A stretch of DNA of 64,000 nucleotides from the NCBI GenBank assembly GCA_963765675.1, contig CAVXXK010000004.1, forward strand, positions 1 through 64,000. The letters run 5' to 3'. The position numbers and the translations under genes are program-made. Shown here in pieces: positions 49,402-59,943 of this stretch (position 1 is the first letter of the stretch; the number at the start of each line of letters is the position of its first letter). The notes under the pieces are model-generated. The model had not been told where the DNA came from. It searched no databases and was given only the letters and a program-made list of their open reading frames with translations. Origin of the DNA: an uncultured delta proteobacterium. Lineage in GTDB: Bacteria > Desulfobacterota > Binatia > Binatales > Binataceae.

Positions 49402-50460
49402 ATGCCCAGTCCTAACGAGATTCTCGCCGAACTAAAGAAAGTCAAATATCCTGGCTTCACGCGCGATATCGTGTCGTTCGGAATTATCAAGGATATCGAG
49501 GTCGCATCCGCCGCTGTTACGGTCGTCGTCGCCGCTCCGTCGGCGAAGCCCGAGATCGTGCAGCAGATCACCGACGAGGTGAAGCGCACGATTCGCGCGA
49601 TGCCCGGCGTGCCTGCCGCCATCGAAGTACGGCTCGAGCAACCCGCTCCCGACGCCAAGGCGCGTCCGCAGCATACGATGGCGCGCCGCAGTATCCCGGG
49701 GGTCGCGCATATCGTCGCGGTCGCGAGCGGCAAGGGCGGGGTCGGCAAATCCACGGTCGCGGTGAATCTGGCGCTCGCGATGCGCGCGCTCGGATGGCGC
49801 GTCGGTCTGATGGACGCCGACGTCTACGGACCCTCGATCGCGATGATGGTCGGAGCCGAAAAGGCGGTCACGCTGACGCCGGAACGGCGGATCATTCCGC
49901 TGGAGCGCTTCGGCATCCGCTACGTCTCGATGGCGCTGTTCATCAACGACGAAACCGCCGTGATCTGGCGCGGGCCGATGGTCACGAAACTCGAGACCGA
50001 ATTTCTGTTCAACGTCGAATGGGGCGAGCTCGATTGCCTGGTCCTCGATCTGCCTCCCGGCACCGGCGACGCGCAACTGACGATCACGCAGCGGGTCGAG
50101 CTCGACGGCGGAGTAGTCGTCACGACGCCGCAGGAGATCGCGCTGGTCGACGTGAAGCGCGGGGTCGAGATGTTTCGCGAGGTCAATGTTCCCGTGCTCG
50201 GCGTGGTCGAGAACATGAGCTACTACCTGTGCCGCAAGTGCGGCAAGCGCCACGAGATTTTTTCGCACGGCGGCGGTGCGCGCTACGCGGCCGAGCTGGG
50301 CGTGCCATTCCTGGGCGAGATTCCGATAACCCGCGAGCTGCGCGAAGGCGGAGATACCGCGAGCCCGATCGTCGCGGTGAATCCGGGCCACGCGGTCAGC
50401 GGCGCGTTCAAGGAAATCGCGGCGAAAGTGATCGAGAGCATCGACGCCGCGCGCAACTGA
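49402..50460 (+). CDS. apbC: Mrp/ApbC/NBP35 Fe-S cluster carrier ATPase
   Basis: VASGKGGVGKST, DADVYGPS, IWRGPM, DLPPGTGD, ENMS..CxxC. Confidence 0.93.
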   Translation: MPSPNEILAELKKVKYPGFTRDIVSFGIIKDIEVASAAVTVVVAAPSAKPEIVQQITDEVKRTIRAMPGVPAAIEVRLEQPAPDAKARPQHTMARRSIPGVAHIVAVASGKGGVGKSTVAVNLALAMRALGWRVGLMDADVYGPSIAMMVGAEKAVTLTPERRIIPLERFGIRYVSMALFINDETAVIWRGPMVTKLETEFLFNVEWGELDCLVLDLPPGTGDAQLTITQRVELDGGVVVTTPQEIALVDVKRGVEMFREVNVPVLGVVENMSYYLCRKCGKRHEIFSHGGGARYAAELGVPFLGEIPITRELREGGDTASPIVAVNPGHAVSGAFKEIAAKVIESIDAARN

Positions 50461-50479
50461 CGCGAGCGCGGCGATATCA

Positions 50480-51241
50480 ATGGGCGATTCACCGAAAATC
50501 TCGCTCATCACGATCACGAAAAACGAGCAGACACTCATCGGCCAGTGCCTCGCGAGCGCGTGGTTCTGCACCGAGAAGATCGTCCTCGATTCGTTCTCCG
50601 ACGATCGCACGGTCGAGATCGCGCGCGCAGCGGGCGCTCAGGTCTATCAGCACGAGTTCACCAATTACGTGATGCAGAAGCAGATGGCGCTCGATCGCGC
50701 GACCGGCGACTGGGTCCTGCTGATGGACGCCGACGAGCAGGCCACGCATGACCTGGGCGAGGAGATTCTGCGGACGATCGCGGCGCCCTCGGCGAAAGAC
50801 GGCTACCGCATCCAGCGGATTTTGTATCATCTCGATCACTATTATCCGCACGGAATTTATCCCGATACTCCCGTACGGCTCTTCCGGCGCGCGCGCGGGC
50901 ATATCGACGGGCGCGACCCGCACGACAAAGTGGTGGTCGAAGGAGAGGTCGGCAAGCTCGCCGCGCCGATCCTGCATTTCAGCTATCGTGACGTTGCCGA
51001 TCACGTCGCGACGATCAACCGCTTCAGCACCCGCGCCGCGCTGGAGCATCAGCCGAACGCGTTCACGCCGATCAAGATGATCGCGAATCCGATCTGGCGC
51101 TTTTTCAATTTCTACATCCTACGGGGCGGTTTCCGCGACGGCGGCCGCGGCCTCTACGCCGCGATGACGGCGGCGTTCTATGTATTCCTCAAGTACGCAA
51201 AAATGTACGAGCGCCGAATCCACGACAGCCACCCTCGGTGA
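50480..51241 (+). CDS. Glycosyltransferase family 2 (KdtX/WaaE-like)
   Basis: ITKNE, DSFSDDRT, WVLLMDADE, GFRDG. Confidence 0.88.
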   Translation: MGDSPKISLITITKNEQTLIGQCLASAWFCTEKIVLDSFSDDRTVEIARAAGAQVYQHEFTNYVMQKQMALDRATGDWVLLMDADEQATHDLGEEILRTIAAPSAKDGYRIQRILYHLDHYYPHGIYPDTPVRLFRRARGHIDGRDPHDKVVVEGEVGKLAAPILHFSYRDVADHVATINRFSTRAALEHQPNAFTPIKMIANPIWRFFNFYILRGGFRDGGRGLYAAMTAAFYVFLKYAKMYERRIHDSHPR

Positions 51242-51368
51242 AATGCGCCCGTGCCGCGCGGGTGAGCGTGCGGCTGTGCGACCGCGCACCACAATTTTGC
51301 GATGACCGGAACCGGCGACCACGGTCACTTCTCTCGGGCCGCAATCCTGATAAGTTAGGCACGGCTCC

Positions 51369-53198
51369 ATGAAACGCCTTCTGCTTTACGTTCGCCGCTA
51401 CTCGGCCTGGTACGGCTTCGGGATGCTTTGCACGCTCATCGCCTCGGCGTGCGGCATGACCGTGGCCTACTTGAGCGGCGCCGCGATCAAGTCGATCCAG
51501 TTCCATCACGCGATGACCTTCGCCACGCTCGAGCGCCTGGGGCTCCCCGCGCACGAGACGCTCGGCCGAATCGTGCTGATGCTTTGCGTCACCGCGCTTA
51601 TCGGCGGGACCGCGCGCTGGCTGTCGCGCTTTACGATTTTCAACACCGGCCGCGATATCGAGTACGATCTGCGCAACGACCTGTTCGTTCATCTGACGCA
51701 TCTCGGCCCGGTGTTCTACGATCGCCACAAGATCGGCGACCTGATGTCGCGGCTGGTCAACGATCTCACCGCCGTGCGGATGATGGTCGGGATGGGCGTG
51801 GTGACGTTCGCCGACGCGCCCGCGACGACCTTCTTCGCGCTCTCCTTCATGCTGGCGGTGAGCGTGCGCCTGACGATCGCAGTGATCGCGCCGTACATCC
51901 TGCTGATGATCGGGATCAAACGGCTCTCGCGCTCGCTGATGGTGCGCAATCTGCGGGTGCAGCAGGGACTCGGCGGAATCGAGTCGAAAGTGCAGGAGAG
52001 CCTGGCCGGAATTCACGTGGTCAAGGCCTACGCGCTCGAGGATCACGAGGCCACCCTCTTCCGCAAGGCTAACGACGACTACAACGATCTCGGGCTTGCG
52101 CTGGCGCGCCTGCGCGGCGCGATGTTCCCGATGATTCGCGGCACGTCGGCGTTCGCCGTAATGGTGGTGCTGATTTACGGCGGGTCGTTGGTGACGCGCG
52201 GAATTCTCGAGATCGGCGACCTGGTTGCGTTCATGGGATATCTCGGACGCCTCGCGTGGCCGGTCACCTCGCTCGGATGGATGATCTCGATCTATCAGCG
52301 CGCGAAAGCAGCGATGGAACGCCTGAACGAAGTATTCTCTGAGCCGCCGCAGCCAGGCGAGCTCGACGACGGCGGGGTGCGGCTCGAAGTGCGCGGCGCG
52401 ATCCAGTGGGATCACGTTTCGTTCAGTTATTTTTTGCGCGACAAAATCGAAGGCGCGGTCGCGGAATCCAACGGCTCCACGTCCAACGGGCATCATTACG
52501 ACTACGCGCTGAGGGACGTGTCGGTCACGGTTCCCGCGGGCGGCAAGCTCGCGATCGTCGGACGCACCGGATCGGGAAAATCGACGATGATCAAGCTGCT
52601 GACGCGGCAGTTCGAGCCGACCAGCGGCCGGATCCTGCTCGATGGAAAAGATATCCGCGAAATTCCGCTGCACTCGCTGCGCAAGACGCTCGGCGTCGTG
52701 CCGCAGGAGCCGGTGCTGTTCTCTGACACGATGGCGCGCAATATCGCGTTCGGACGGCCCGACGCAACCGAGGACGAAATTCGCGAGGCCGCGCGAATCG
52801 CCGGACTCGAGCCGGACATCGCTACTCTGCCGCACGGACTCGACACGATCGTCGGCGAGCGCGGAATGGCGCTGTCCGGCGGACAAAAGCAGCGCACCAC
52901 GATCGCGAGGCTGCTCACCTACCGGCCCGGCGTTGTGGTGCTGGACGACGCGCTCTCGAGTGTGGACACCGAGACCGAGAAGTCCGTCCTCCATAGCCTC
53001 GAGCAGAGCGTGGTCGGACGCACGACGATCGTGGTCGCGCATCGCGCCTCGACCGTGCGCGACGCCGACGAGATTATCGTGCTCGAAGACGGCCAGATCG
53101 CCGAGCGCGGAACTCACGCCGAGTTGATGGCGCGGCGCGGAACCTATGCCGAGCTGTTCCATCGCCAGCTGATGGAAGAAGAGCTGGCGCAGTATTAG
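51369..53198 (+). CDS. ABC exporter subunit (TMD+NBD), MdlA-like
   Basis: GDLMSR, GRTGSGKST, LSGGQKQR, degenerate Walker B LDDALSSVD. Confidence 0.92.
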   Translation: MKRLLLYVRRYSAWYGFGMLCTLIASACGMTVAYLSGAAIKSIQFHHAMTFATLERLGLPAHETLGRIVLMLCVTALIGGTARWLSRFTIFNTGRDIEYDLRNDLFVHLTHLGPVFYDRHKIGDLMSRLVNDLTAVRMMVGMGVVTFADAPATTFFALSFMLAVSVRLTIAVIAPYILLMIGIKRLSRSLMVRNLRVQQGLGGIESKVQESLAGIHVVKAYALEDHEATLFRKANDDYNDLGLALARLRGAMFPMIRGTSAFAVMVVLIYGGSLVTRGILEIGDLVAFMGYLGRLAWPVTSLGWMISIYQRAKAAMERLNEVFSEPPQPGELDDGGVRLEVRGAIQWDHVSFSYFLRDKIEGAVAESNGSTSNGHHYDYALRDVSVTVPAGGKLAIVGRTGSGKSTMIKLLTRQFEPTSGRILLDGKDIREIPLHSLRKTLGVVPQEPVLFSDTMARNIAFGRPDATEDEIREAARIAGLEPDIATLPHGLDTIVGERGMALSGGQKQRTTIARLLTYRPGVVVLDDALSSVDTETEKSVLHSLEQSVVGRTTIVVAHRASTVRDADEIIVLEDGQIAERGTHAELMARRGTYAELFHRQLMEEELAQY

Positions 53199-53200
53199 CG

Positions 53201-55039
53201 ATGCAGACCAGCGAAGAAAAGCAGCTCGGACGCGCGCGCGACTTCGCGCTCATCAGGTTCGTCTGGACCTACGTGCGCCCGTATCGCGGGCTGTTCTTTT
53301 TGTCGGTTATCCTGATGCCGCTCAACTCGGCATTCGCGCTCTCGCAGCCGTATATCATCCAACTAATTGTCGATATCTTTTTGCAGCATCGCCATGTCGC
53401 TCCCCCGGCGTGGCTGGCCGCGATCTTCGCCGCGACCGGAGGCGCGAGCCTGCTCAAGATGGGCGCAATCTATATGGCGCTGGTCGCCGGCGAGTTCGCG
53501 ACGTTCTATGGGCAGTTCTATCTGACCGTGATGGTCGCGCAGTATTCGCTGTCGGACCTGCGCCTGGCGGTGTTCAATCACGTCGAGCACCTGCCGATGT
53601 CGTTTTTCGATCGCACCCCGGTCGGACGCCTGGTCAGCCGCATGACCACCGATATCGACGCGATCAACGAGATGTTCGCGCAGGGATCGCTCACGATGTT
53701 CGTCGACGTGATGACGATGTCCGGAATCGTCGTGATCATGTGGCTCAAGAGTCCGCGCCTGGCGCTGTGGGCGATGATCGCGATTCCGCCGCTCTTGCTG
53801 TTCATCAATATGTTCCGGGTGCGCGCGCGAGTGGTTTACCGCCAGATCCGCGAACGCCTGGCGCAGGTGAATGCGTACCTGTCCGAGTCGCTGGCCGGAA
53901 TGGTCGTGATTCAGCTCTTCACTCGCGAGCGCACCAGCCGCGACGAGTTTGACGTGCTGAACGTGCGCTCGCGCGACGCGCAGATCGCGGCGAACATTTA
54001 CGAGACGGGCCTGTTCTCCGCGGTCGATACCGTCGCCTCGATCACCGTCGCGGTCATCCTGTGGGAAGGCGGCGGGCAGGTGCTACGCAGCGTTATCACT
54101 CTCGGCACGCTGATCGCGTTCATGCAGTACGCGCAGCAGTTCTTCATGCCGCTGCGCGAAATTTCGAACAAGTACACCACGCTGCAATCCGCGCTGGCGG
54201 CGGTCGAGCGAATCGAGCAACTGATGGAAGAGCCGCGCGTAATTTCGAGCCCCGAGACGCCAAGGCTGCCCACCGTCTCGCGCGGATCGATCGTGTTCGA
54301 CCACGTCGACTTCGAGTATCGCGAGGGCGAGCCGATCTTGAAGGACGTAAGCTTCACCGTCGATCCTGGACAGAAGATCGCGATCGTCGGCCCGACGGGA
54401 TCGGGCAAGACCACGATCATCAAACTGCTTAACCGCTTCTACGACGTGAAGCGCGGGCGCATCCTGGTGGACGGCGTCGACGTGCGCGAATGGGACTTGC
54501 ACGCGCTGCGCCGCACGATCGGCCTGGTGCAGCAGGACGTGTTCCTGTTCGCCGGCGACGTGATGGAAAACATTCGCCTCGGACTGAGTGAGCTGGGCGA
54601 AGACGCGGTGCGCGACGCGCTCAAACGCGCGCAGGCGATCCGCTTTGTCGAGCGCTTGCCCGCGGGACTCGGCGAGCAGATTCGCGAACGCGGTGCGAAC
54701 CTCTCCGCGGGCCAGCGCCAGTTGCTCTCGTTCGCGCGCGCTCTCGCCTACAACCCGCGCATCCTGGTGATGGACGAGGCGACCTCGAGCGTGGACAGCG
54801 AGACCGAGCGCCTCATCCAGCTCGCGCTGGGCGAACTGCTCGCCGACCGCACCGCCGTCGTGATCGCGCATCGGCTTTCAACAATCGAGCGCGCCGACCG
54901 CATTCTCGTGCTCGCAAACGGCGTCGTCCGCGAGAGCGGCACCCACGACGAACTGCTCGCCCAGCGCGGCCTGTACTACCGCCTGTTCGAACTTCAGTAT
55001 GCCGCCGCGGCCGAGGCATCGAGTGAGGTCACCGGTTAG
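53201..55039 (+). CDS. ABC exporter subunit (TMD+NBD), MdlB-like
   Basis: GPTGSGKTT, LSAGQRQL, MDEATSSVD, AHRLST. Confidence 0.92.
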   Translation: MQTSEEKQLGRARDFALIRFVWTYVRPYRGLFFLSVILMPLNSAFALSQPYIIQLIVDIFLQHRHVAPPAWLAAIFAATGGASLLKMGAIYMALVAGEFATFYGQFYLTVMVAQYSLSDLRLAVFNHVEHLPMSFFDRTPVGRLVSRMTTDIDAINEMFAQGSLTMFVDVMTMSGIVVIMWLKSPRLALWAMIAIPPLLLFINMFRVRARVVYRQIRERLAQVNAYLSESLAGMVVIQLFTRERTSRDEFDVLNVRSRDAQIAANIYETGLFSAVDTVASITVAVILWEGGGQVLRSVITLGTLIAFMQYAQQFFMPLREISNKYTTLQSALAAVERIEQLMEEPRVISSPETPRLPTVSRGSIVFDHVDFEYREGEPILKDVSFTVDPGQKIAIVGPTGSGKTTIIKLLNRFYDVKRGRILVDGVDVREWDLHALRRTIGLVQQDVFLFAGDVMENIRLGLSELGEDAVRDALKRAQAIRFVERLPAGLGEQIRERGANLSAGQRQLLSFARALAYNPRILVMDEATSSVDSETERLIQLALGELLADRTAVVIAHRLSTIERADRILVLANGVVRESGTHDELLAQRGLYYRLFELQYAAAAEASSEVTG

Positions 55040-56177
55040 GTCCTCGTCGCGCACGCGGCTGCAGGCGATCGTCTCGGCCGCGCTGATGGCTGCCACGGCG
55101 ATCGCGCTTGGCGGATGCAACGTCGGCTACCTCGCGCGCGCCGCGTACGAAGGCGGCCGTATCCTGTGGAATCGCAAACCCATTTCCAGCGAGCTCGCGC
55201 AAGGCGACCTGACTCCTGAGGTGCGCGAGAAACTCGAGACCGTCCTCAAGGTCCGCCAGTTCGCCGCGGACCAGCTTGGCATGAACGTCGGCGGCGCCTA
55301 CGAGACGATCGCGCCGGTCGATCAGAACGCAATTGTTTACGTCGTGATGGCGGCCGAGCAGGACTCGCTCGATCCGCACACGTGGTGGTTTCCGATCGTA
55401 GGCGCGGTTCCCTATCGCGGCTACTTCCAGCAAGCCGACGCCGACGCCGAGGCCGAGCGGATGGAGGCGAACGGGTACGACACCATGGTTCGACCGGCGG
55501 TCGCGTTCTCGAGTCTCGGCTTCTTCGATGATCCCGTGCTGACGAACCTGCTCAAGCTCGATCGCGTCGAGTTGGCCGGCGTGCTGATCCACGAGCTGTT
55601 TCATCGCACGTACTACCTTGCCGGCGACGCGATGTTCGACGAATCGGCGGCCAACTGGGTAGGAGATCGCGGCGCGGTCGAGTTCTTCACCGCAACCGAA
55701 GGCGCGGCGTCTCCAGCGGCGATCGAGGCGCGCGCAATCTTAAACAGTAACTTGAAGTTTTCCCGGTTTCTGCTGACTGAACAGGCGCGTCTGCTGAAAA
55801 TCTACACCAGCGGCGCTTCGCGGGACGAAATTCTGAAAGAGCGCGTGGCCGCCTTCGCGGCGATCAAGTCCGATTATGCGGCGCTGGCGCCCAGTCTGTA
55901 CGGCCTCGAGCGTTTCAACCTCGACCAGCAGCCGCTAAACAACGCCGTGATGGTTAACTATCTGATTTATTTTCACGACCTGGACAATTTCGCCGCGCTC
56001 AATCGAATCGACAATGGCGACGTGAAAAAAACCATCGCGCGGATCATCGAGATCGCCAAGGCGAACCCCGACGATCCCTTCTACGCGATCTGGGAAGCCT
56101 CCCTGCACGCCCCGCCTCCTGACGATCAGCCGCCCGCGAGCGCACCCTCAATCTCGCCGGCCAAAGCGGGCTCATAG
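54999..56177 (+). CDS. Putative Zn aminopeptidase lipoprotein
   Basis: LGGC lipobox, WWFPIVGAVPYRGYF, SSLGFFDDP, HELFH..FDES; start uncertain. Confidence 0.8.
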   Translation: MPPRPRHRVRSPVRSSSRTRLQAIVSAALMAATAIALGGCNVGYLARAAYEGGRILWNRKPISSELAQGDLTPEVREKLETVLKVRQFAADQLGMNVGGAYETIAPVDQNAIVYVVMAAEQDSLDPHTWWFPIVGAVPYRGYFQQADADAEAERMEANGYDTMVRPAVAFSSLGFFDDPVLTNLLKLDRVELAGVLIHELFHRTYYLAGDAMFDESAANWVGDRGAVEFFTATEGAASPAAIEARAILNSNLKFSRFLLTEQARLLKIYTSGASRDEILKERVAAFAAIKSDYAALAPSLYGLERFNLDQQPLNNAVMVNYLIYFHDLDNFAALNRIDNGDVKKTIARIIEIAKANPDDPFYAIWEASLHAPPPDDQPPASAPSISPAKAGS

Positions 56178-56758
56178 CCGCCGAAGAAATGATCGGCGCC
56201 GGCGATCACCTTGAGCGTCGCGGCGGCTCCGAGTTTTTCCAGCGTCTTTTCAAGCGCCGGGATCGGCGAATAAGTGTCGCGATCTCCCGAGACGAGCAGC
56301 ACCGGCTTGCCCGCCGCCGAGTTGATTCCCGAATCCATCGCAGCGACCGGCAATGCGACCGCGATCACACGCGCGACGCGCGAATCGCAGAGCCCTGCGC
56401 GAAGCGCGATTGCCGCACCGAAGGAATATCCCGCCAGCGCGATCGTACCCGGCTCGATATCGGGCTGCGCGGCAAGGAATTCCACCGCAGCGCGCGCGTC
56501 CGATGCTTCGCCTTCCCCGCCGTCGTACTCACCCTCGCTCGCGCCGACGCCGCGGAAGTTAAAGCGCACCGTCGCATATCCGCGCCGCCACATCGCGGCG
56601 AGGATCGCCTCGACCACGTTATTGTTCATCGAGCCGCCATACATCGGATGCGGATGACAAATCACGGCGCCCGGCGATGCGCCGGCGCGCTCGGGCCGCG
56701 CGAGCAATCCTTCGAGGATCAGGTTGTCTGAGCGAAACATGATGTGCGATTCGGTCAT
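56126..56758 (-). CDS. Alpha/beta hydrolase
   Basis: CHPHPMYGGSMNN, RFNFRGVG, GYSFG nucleophile, ADHFF. Confidence 0.88.
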   Translation of the reverse strand: MTESHIMFRSDNLILEGLLARPERAGASPGAVICHPHPMYGGSMNNNVVEAILAAMWRRGYATVRFNFRGVGASEGEYDGGEGEASDARAAVEFLAAQPDIEPGTIALAGYSFGAAIALRAGLCDSRVARVIAVALPVAAMDSGINSAAGKPVLLVSGDRDTYSPIPALEKTLEKLGAAATLKVIAGADHFFGGYEPALAGEIEGALAGG

Positions 56759-56938
56759 CGCGAGTCTCCTTCCCGGCGGCAAGCTTAAGCGAGGATGCTA
56801 TACTAGCTCCGGCGGCTCGGACCATATCACCGGCGACGCCTGCGCCAGCTTCCGGTTGCGTATTTGAGCGTGGCGCGAGTATAAGAATTACTGCATTGGT
56901 GGACAGGTGAAACTGATTCACGGACGGGGGACATCGCA

Positions 56939-58228
56939 ATGAAACTACGCGGGTTTATCCCGGCGCTTGCGCTTGCAGTGATGCTTGCCTCGGCCGGTTA
57001 TGCGCACGCGGTTTCGCTGACCTTGCAAGGTGAGAGCGCGGGCCTCGCAACCGAAAACTCCGAGGCTCTCTACGCCAGCGACAGCTCGGGCAAATCAGTC
57101 CTGGTGACGGAGGTCGGCCTGCCCTCACCCGACGGTGGCAATTTCACCGAAGTCGGCGTGCCCTCGATGATGGCCGACGGACGCGTGTTGTTCGGCGCCG
57201 AGACAACGGCCAAGAACGGCAAGGCCCACTGGGCAATCTTCACCGGTGATCCTGATCGATCGCCGGTCTATCGCGTCACGCGCGCGGTCGATCTCAAACC
57301 CTCGAAAGATTGCGCGCCCGAGCTCAACGGTGATCCATATCCCGTCGCCGATGCGGACGGGGACATCGCGTTCATGGCGAACCTTCCGGCCAAGTCCGAC
57401 GCGCTGGTGCTGGACACGCACGGAACCCTGACTTGCCTTGCCCGGTTGGGAAGCAAAACCGCGCAGGGACATGAAATCGCCGTGCTCAGCTTCGGCAGCC
57501 CGCAGATGGGCAACAGCGGCGAGGTCGTGTTCAACGCATGGCTCACCAACTATTCGGCGGCCAAAACCGACGCCCACGGAGCACCGATCACGCATCTCCA
57601 GTCGCTGCTCATTGCCTCCCGCACCGGCGGCATCAACGAACTCGCGGTCGAGGGCGAATACGGTCCGAACCATATCCGCTATGCGCGCCCGTTCGGACTT
57701 CCCGCCGCACTGCCCTCGGCGCAGGGGACGTTGGCCGCGTTCACGGCCAAGACCTCAACCGGGGCGGCGCTGTTCCTGTACAGCGGTGGTGAGATGGCGC
57801 GAATTCTGCCGACCGGCACTCTCACTCCCGAAGGTCCTGTGACCTATCTGTCGCCGGGACGTCCGGGCCTGATGACCGACGGCACGACGGCAGTGCTCGC
57901 AGGATGCGTTCGCGAGCCCGCGGTCTTTCGCCTGTCGCATCAGCGGCTCGACCTCCGGCTCCAGCGCGGACAGCTCACTCCTTTTGGAACCGAGCTCGAA
58001 TCGCTGGGCGACCCTGTCCTCACGGCGGACGGCACGATGTTCATCGGCGCGACCGACTCCGACGAGAACGAGAAACTTTATGAGCTTGGCGGCGACGGCG
58101 CATTCTTCGAGGTCGGCAAGCAGGATCTGATCTACAAGATCTCGACCGGGACTCATCGCCATTCGATCTTCACCGGCACGCTCACCGTGAACGAGCACGG
58201 CGATTTCGCGTACCTGGGCGGCAAGTAA
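56939..58228 (+). CDS. Exported hypothetical beta-rich repeat protein (NxxGxxAF-like)
   Basis: Signal peptide; repeated DGRVLF, DGDIAF, NSGEVVF, NEHGDFAY. Confidence 0.65.
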   Translation: MKLRGFIPALALAVMLASAGYAHAVSLTLQGESAGLATENSEALYASDSSGKSVLVTEVGLPSPDGGNFTEVGVPSMMADGRVLFGAETTAKNGKAHWAIFTGDPDRSPVYRVTRAVDLKPSKDCAPELNGDPYPVADADGDIAFMANLPAKSDALVLDTHGTLTCLARLGSKTAQGHEIAVLSFGSPQMGNSGEVVFNAWLTNYSAAKTDAHGAPITHLQSLLIASRTGGINELAVEGEYGPNHIRYARPFGLPAALPSAQGTLAAFTAKTSTGAALFLYSGGEMARILPTGTLTPEGPVTYLSPGRPGLMTDGTTAVLAGCVREPAVFRLSHQRLDLRLQRGQLTPFGTELESLGDPVLTADGTMFIGATDSDENEKLYELGGDGAFFEVGKQDLIYKISTGTHRHSIFTGTLTVNEHGDFAYLGGK

Positions 58229-58260
58229 TCCGCAGTTTTTCGGCCGCATCGTAAGCAATC

Positions 58261-58294
58261 AGGGCGCGCGGAAACCCGCGCGCTCTGCCTTTTC
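58261..58294 (+). terminator. Putative intrinsic terminator
   Basis: AGGGCGCGCGG-AAAC-CCGCGCGCTCT followed by GCCTTTT. Confidence 0.55.
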
Positions 58295-58325
58295 AGCCGC
58301 CCCGCAAGGTGCAATCCTTGGCGCC

Positions 58326-58988
58326 ATGGCGGTATTAAACAAGTTCACAACGCTCTCTCCCGAACTCTACGAATACGCGGTCGAACACGGGCACAGCACC
58401 GATCCGATCCGGCGCGAGCTTTCCGAGGAGACCAAAAAGCTCGGACCCATAAGCATGATGGAGATCGCGCCGGAACAGGGCACTTTCATGGGAATCCTCG
58501 CGAAATCGATCGGCGCCAAATCCGCCGTCGAGGTCGGGACGTTCACCGGCTACAGCTCCCTGTGCGTGGCGCGCGCCCTGCCCGCCGACGGCCGTCTGCT
58601 GTGCTGCGACGTGAGCGAGCAGTGGACCAGCGTCGCGCGGCGCTATTGGGAGAAGGCGGGGGTCGCGAAAAAGATCACGTTGAAGCTTGGGCCCGCGGCA
58701 GAGACGCTGCGCGCCCTGCCGGCATCGCATAGTTTCGACTTCGCGTTTATCGACGCCGACAAGTCGAGCTACCGGGTCTACTACGAAGAGATCCTGAAGC
58801 GGATGCGGCGCGACGGACTGATCCTGATCGACAACGTGCTGTGGAACGGCGCGGTGATCGATAACGCCAATCAGACCGAAGACACCAAGGCGATTCGGCA
58901 GTTGAACGATTTCATCGCGCACGACGATCGGGTCGAAGCGGTGCTGCTTCCGCTTGCGGACGGCCTCACGATCGCGCGCAAGAAATAA
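58326..58988 (+). CDS. SAM-dependent O-methyltransferase (CCoAOMT family)
   Basis: EVGTFTGYSSL, FDFAFIDADK, DNVLWNG, DGLTIARK. Confidence 0.92.
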   Translation: MAVLNKFTTLSPELYEYAVEHGHSTDPIRRELSEETKKLGPISMMEIAPEQGTFMGILAKSIGAKSAVEVGTFTGYSSLCVARALPADGRLLCCDVSEQWTSVARRYWEKAGVAKKITLKLGPAAETLRALPASHSFDFAFIDADKSSYRVYYEEILKRMRRDGLILIDNVLWNGAVIDNANQTEDTKAIRQLNDFIAHDDRVEAVLLPLADGLTIARKK

Positions 58989-58990
58989 TT

Positions 58991-59172
58991 CCTCGCCCTG
59001 ACAGGGAGATGCACTGGCACACGGTCAGGTGAGGGACCTTATTCAGCGCGGCGCGTCAGCGACGTGCGATTAAAAAGAAAGCTCTCGGAAGGCCGCCCTC
59101 ACCCACGCGTCACGATACTTGCGAAAAAAACGCAAACACCGCGCCGCGTCGCCCTCTCCCGGGGGGAGAGGG
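58991..59172. repeat. CCCTCACCC / CCCTCTCCC..GGGAGAGGG palindromic repeat element
   Basis: AGGTGAGGG, CCCTCACCC (59096) and CCCTCTCCC-GGG-GGGAGAGGG (59152-59172) between convergent genes. Confidence 0.55.
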
Positions 59173-59185
59173 AATAATCAAAAGA

Positions 59186-59896
59186 TCAGCGCGGAGGATG
59201 GCCCTTCTTAAACTCGCGGGGGCCGCGGACGAGCTGCGCGCTCACTACGTTGCGGCAATCGAGGATCTGCCACGGCGAGTCGGGACGCTCAGCCGGATAG
59301 GTGATCATCGCGTTCTTGCAAATCGCCGCGCGCTCGATCGTCATCTCGGGTCCGATCACCGTTAGCTCCGTCTTGCCATCGGGAAGGGTGCGAAAGCCGT
59401 CGGCATGATCGTAGGCGAGCCGGCTCGGCTCGATCGTCTGCAACTGCGGCATCTCGATTTCGAGCAGCGGGCCTTTCGCGTCGCTGACGATCGCGTGAGC
59501 GCGTCCGACACTCGCTTCGAAATCGATCTTGCCGAGAACGTTCGGATAGCTGCGCTCCCATAGTCCCGCGCTCAGCGCCTGTGGGCTGTCGGTGATTGAG
59601 GCCGCGACGAAGACCGCCGGCATCATGTTGAGGCGCGAGCCTAGTCCGAGCGTCGCGTCGCGGAACGGTCCGACAGGAGAGTCGCGGTTATCAATAATCG
59701 TCAGGCGGCAGTAGGTCGGCGTGGTGCGGCAGAACTCGGGCGGCATGCGCTCGAGCAACGGAGCCTTGCGCACCTCGAAATAGACATTGAGCATCGTCGC
59801 GTTCGCGCACTTCCACGGCAGTGCGGGATAGGCGGCGCGCTCCGCAGGCAGCGCGACTCGATATTGTTCGTGGCGGGCGAGTCCTTCGTCAGGCAC
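59186..59896 (-). CDS. Acetoacetate decarboxylase-like fold protein
   Basis: PW.C..A..L.V.F, DSPVGPF, ITDS..AL.AG...YP; family call by eye. Confidence 0.6.
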   Translation of the reverse strand: MPDEGLARHEQYRVALPAERAAYPALPWKCANATMLNVYFEVRKAPLLERMPPEFCRTTPTYCRLTIIDNRDSPVGPFRDATLGLGSRLNMMPAVFVAASITDSPQALSAGLWERSYPNVLGKIDFEASVGRAHAIVSDAKGPLLEIEMPQLQTIEPSRLAYDHADGFRTLPDGKTELTVIGPEMTIERAAICKNAMITYPAERPDSPWQILDCRNVVSAQLVRGPREFKKGHPPR

Positions 59897-59943
59897 TGAT
59901 CGTATTCCTCAAGTTCTTGTTCAACTTCGATTTGCGCGACTGA

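Noticed and set aside
56126-56177. 52-bp convergent overlap as antisense regulation
   Set aside because: The overlap covers only a low-complexity Pro/Ala tail, which is common in GC-rich genomes.
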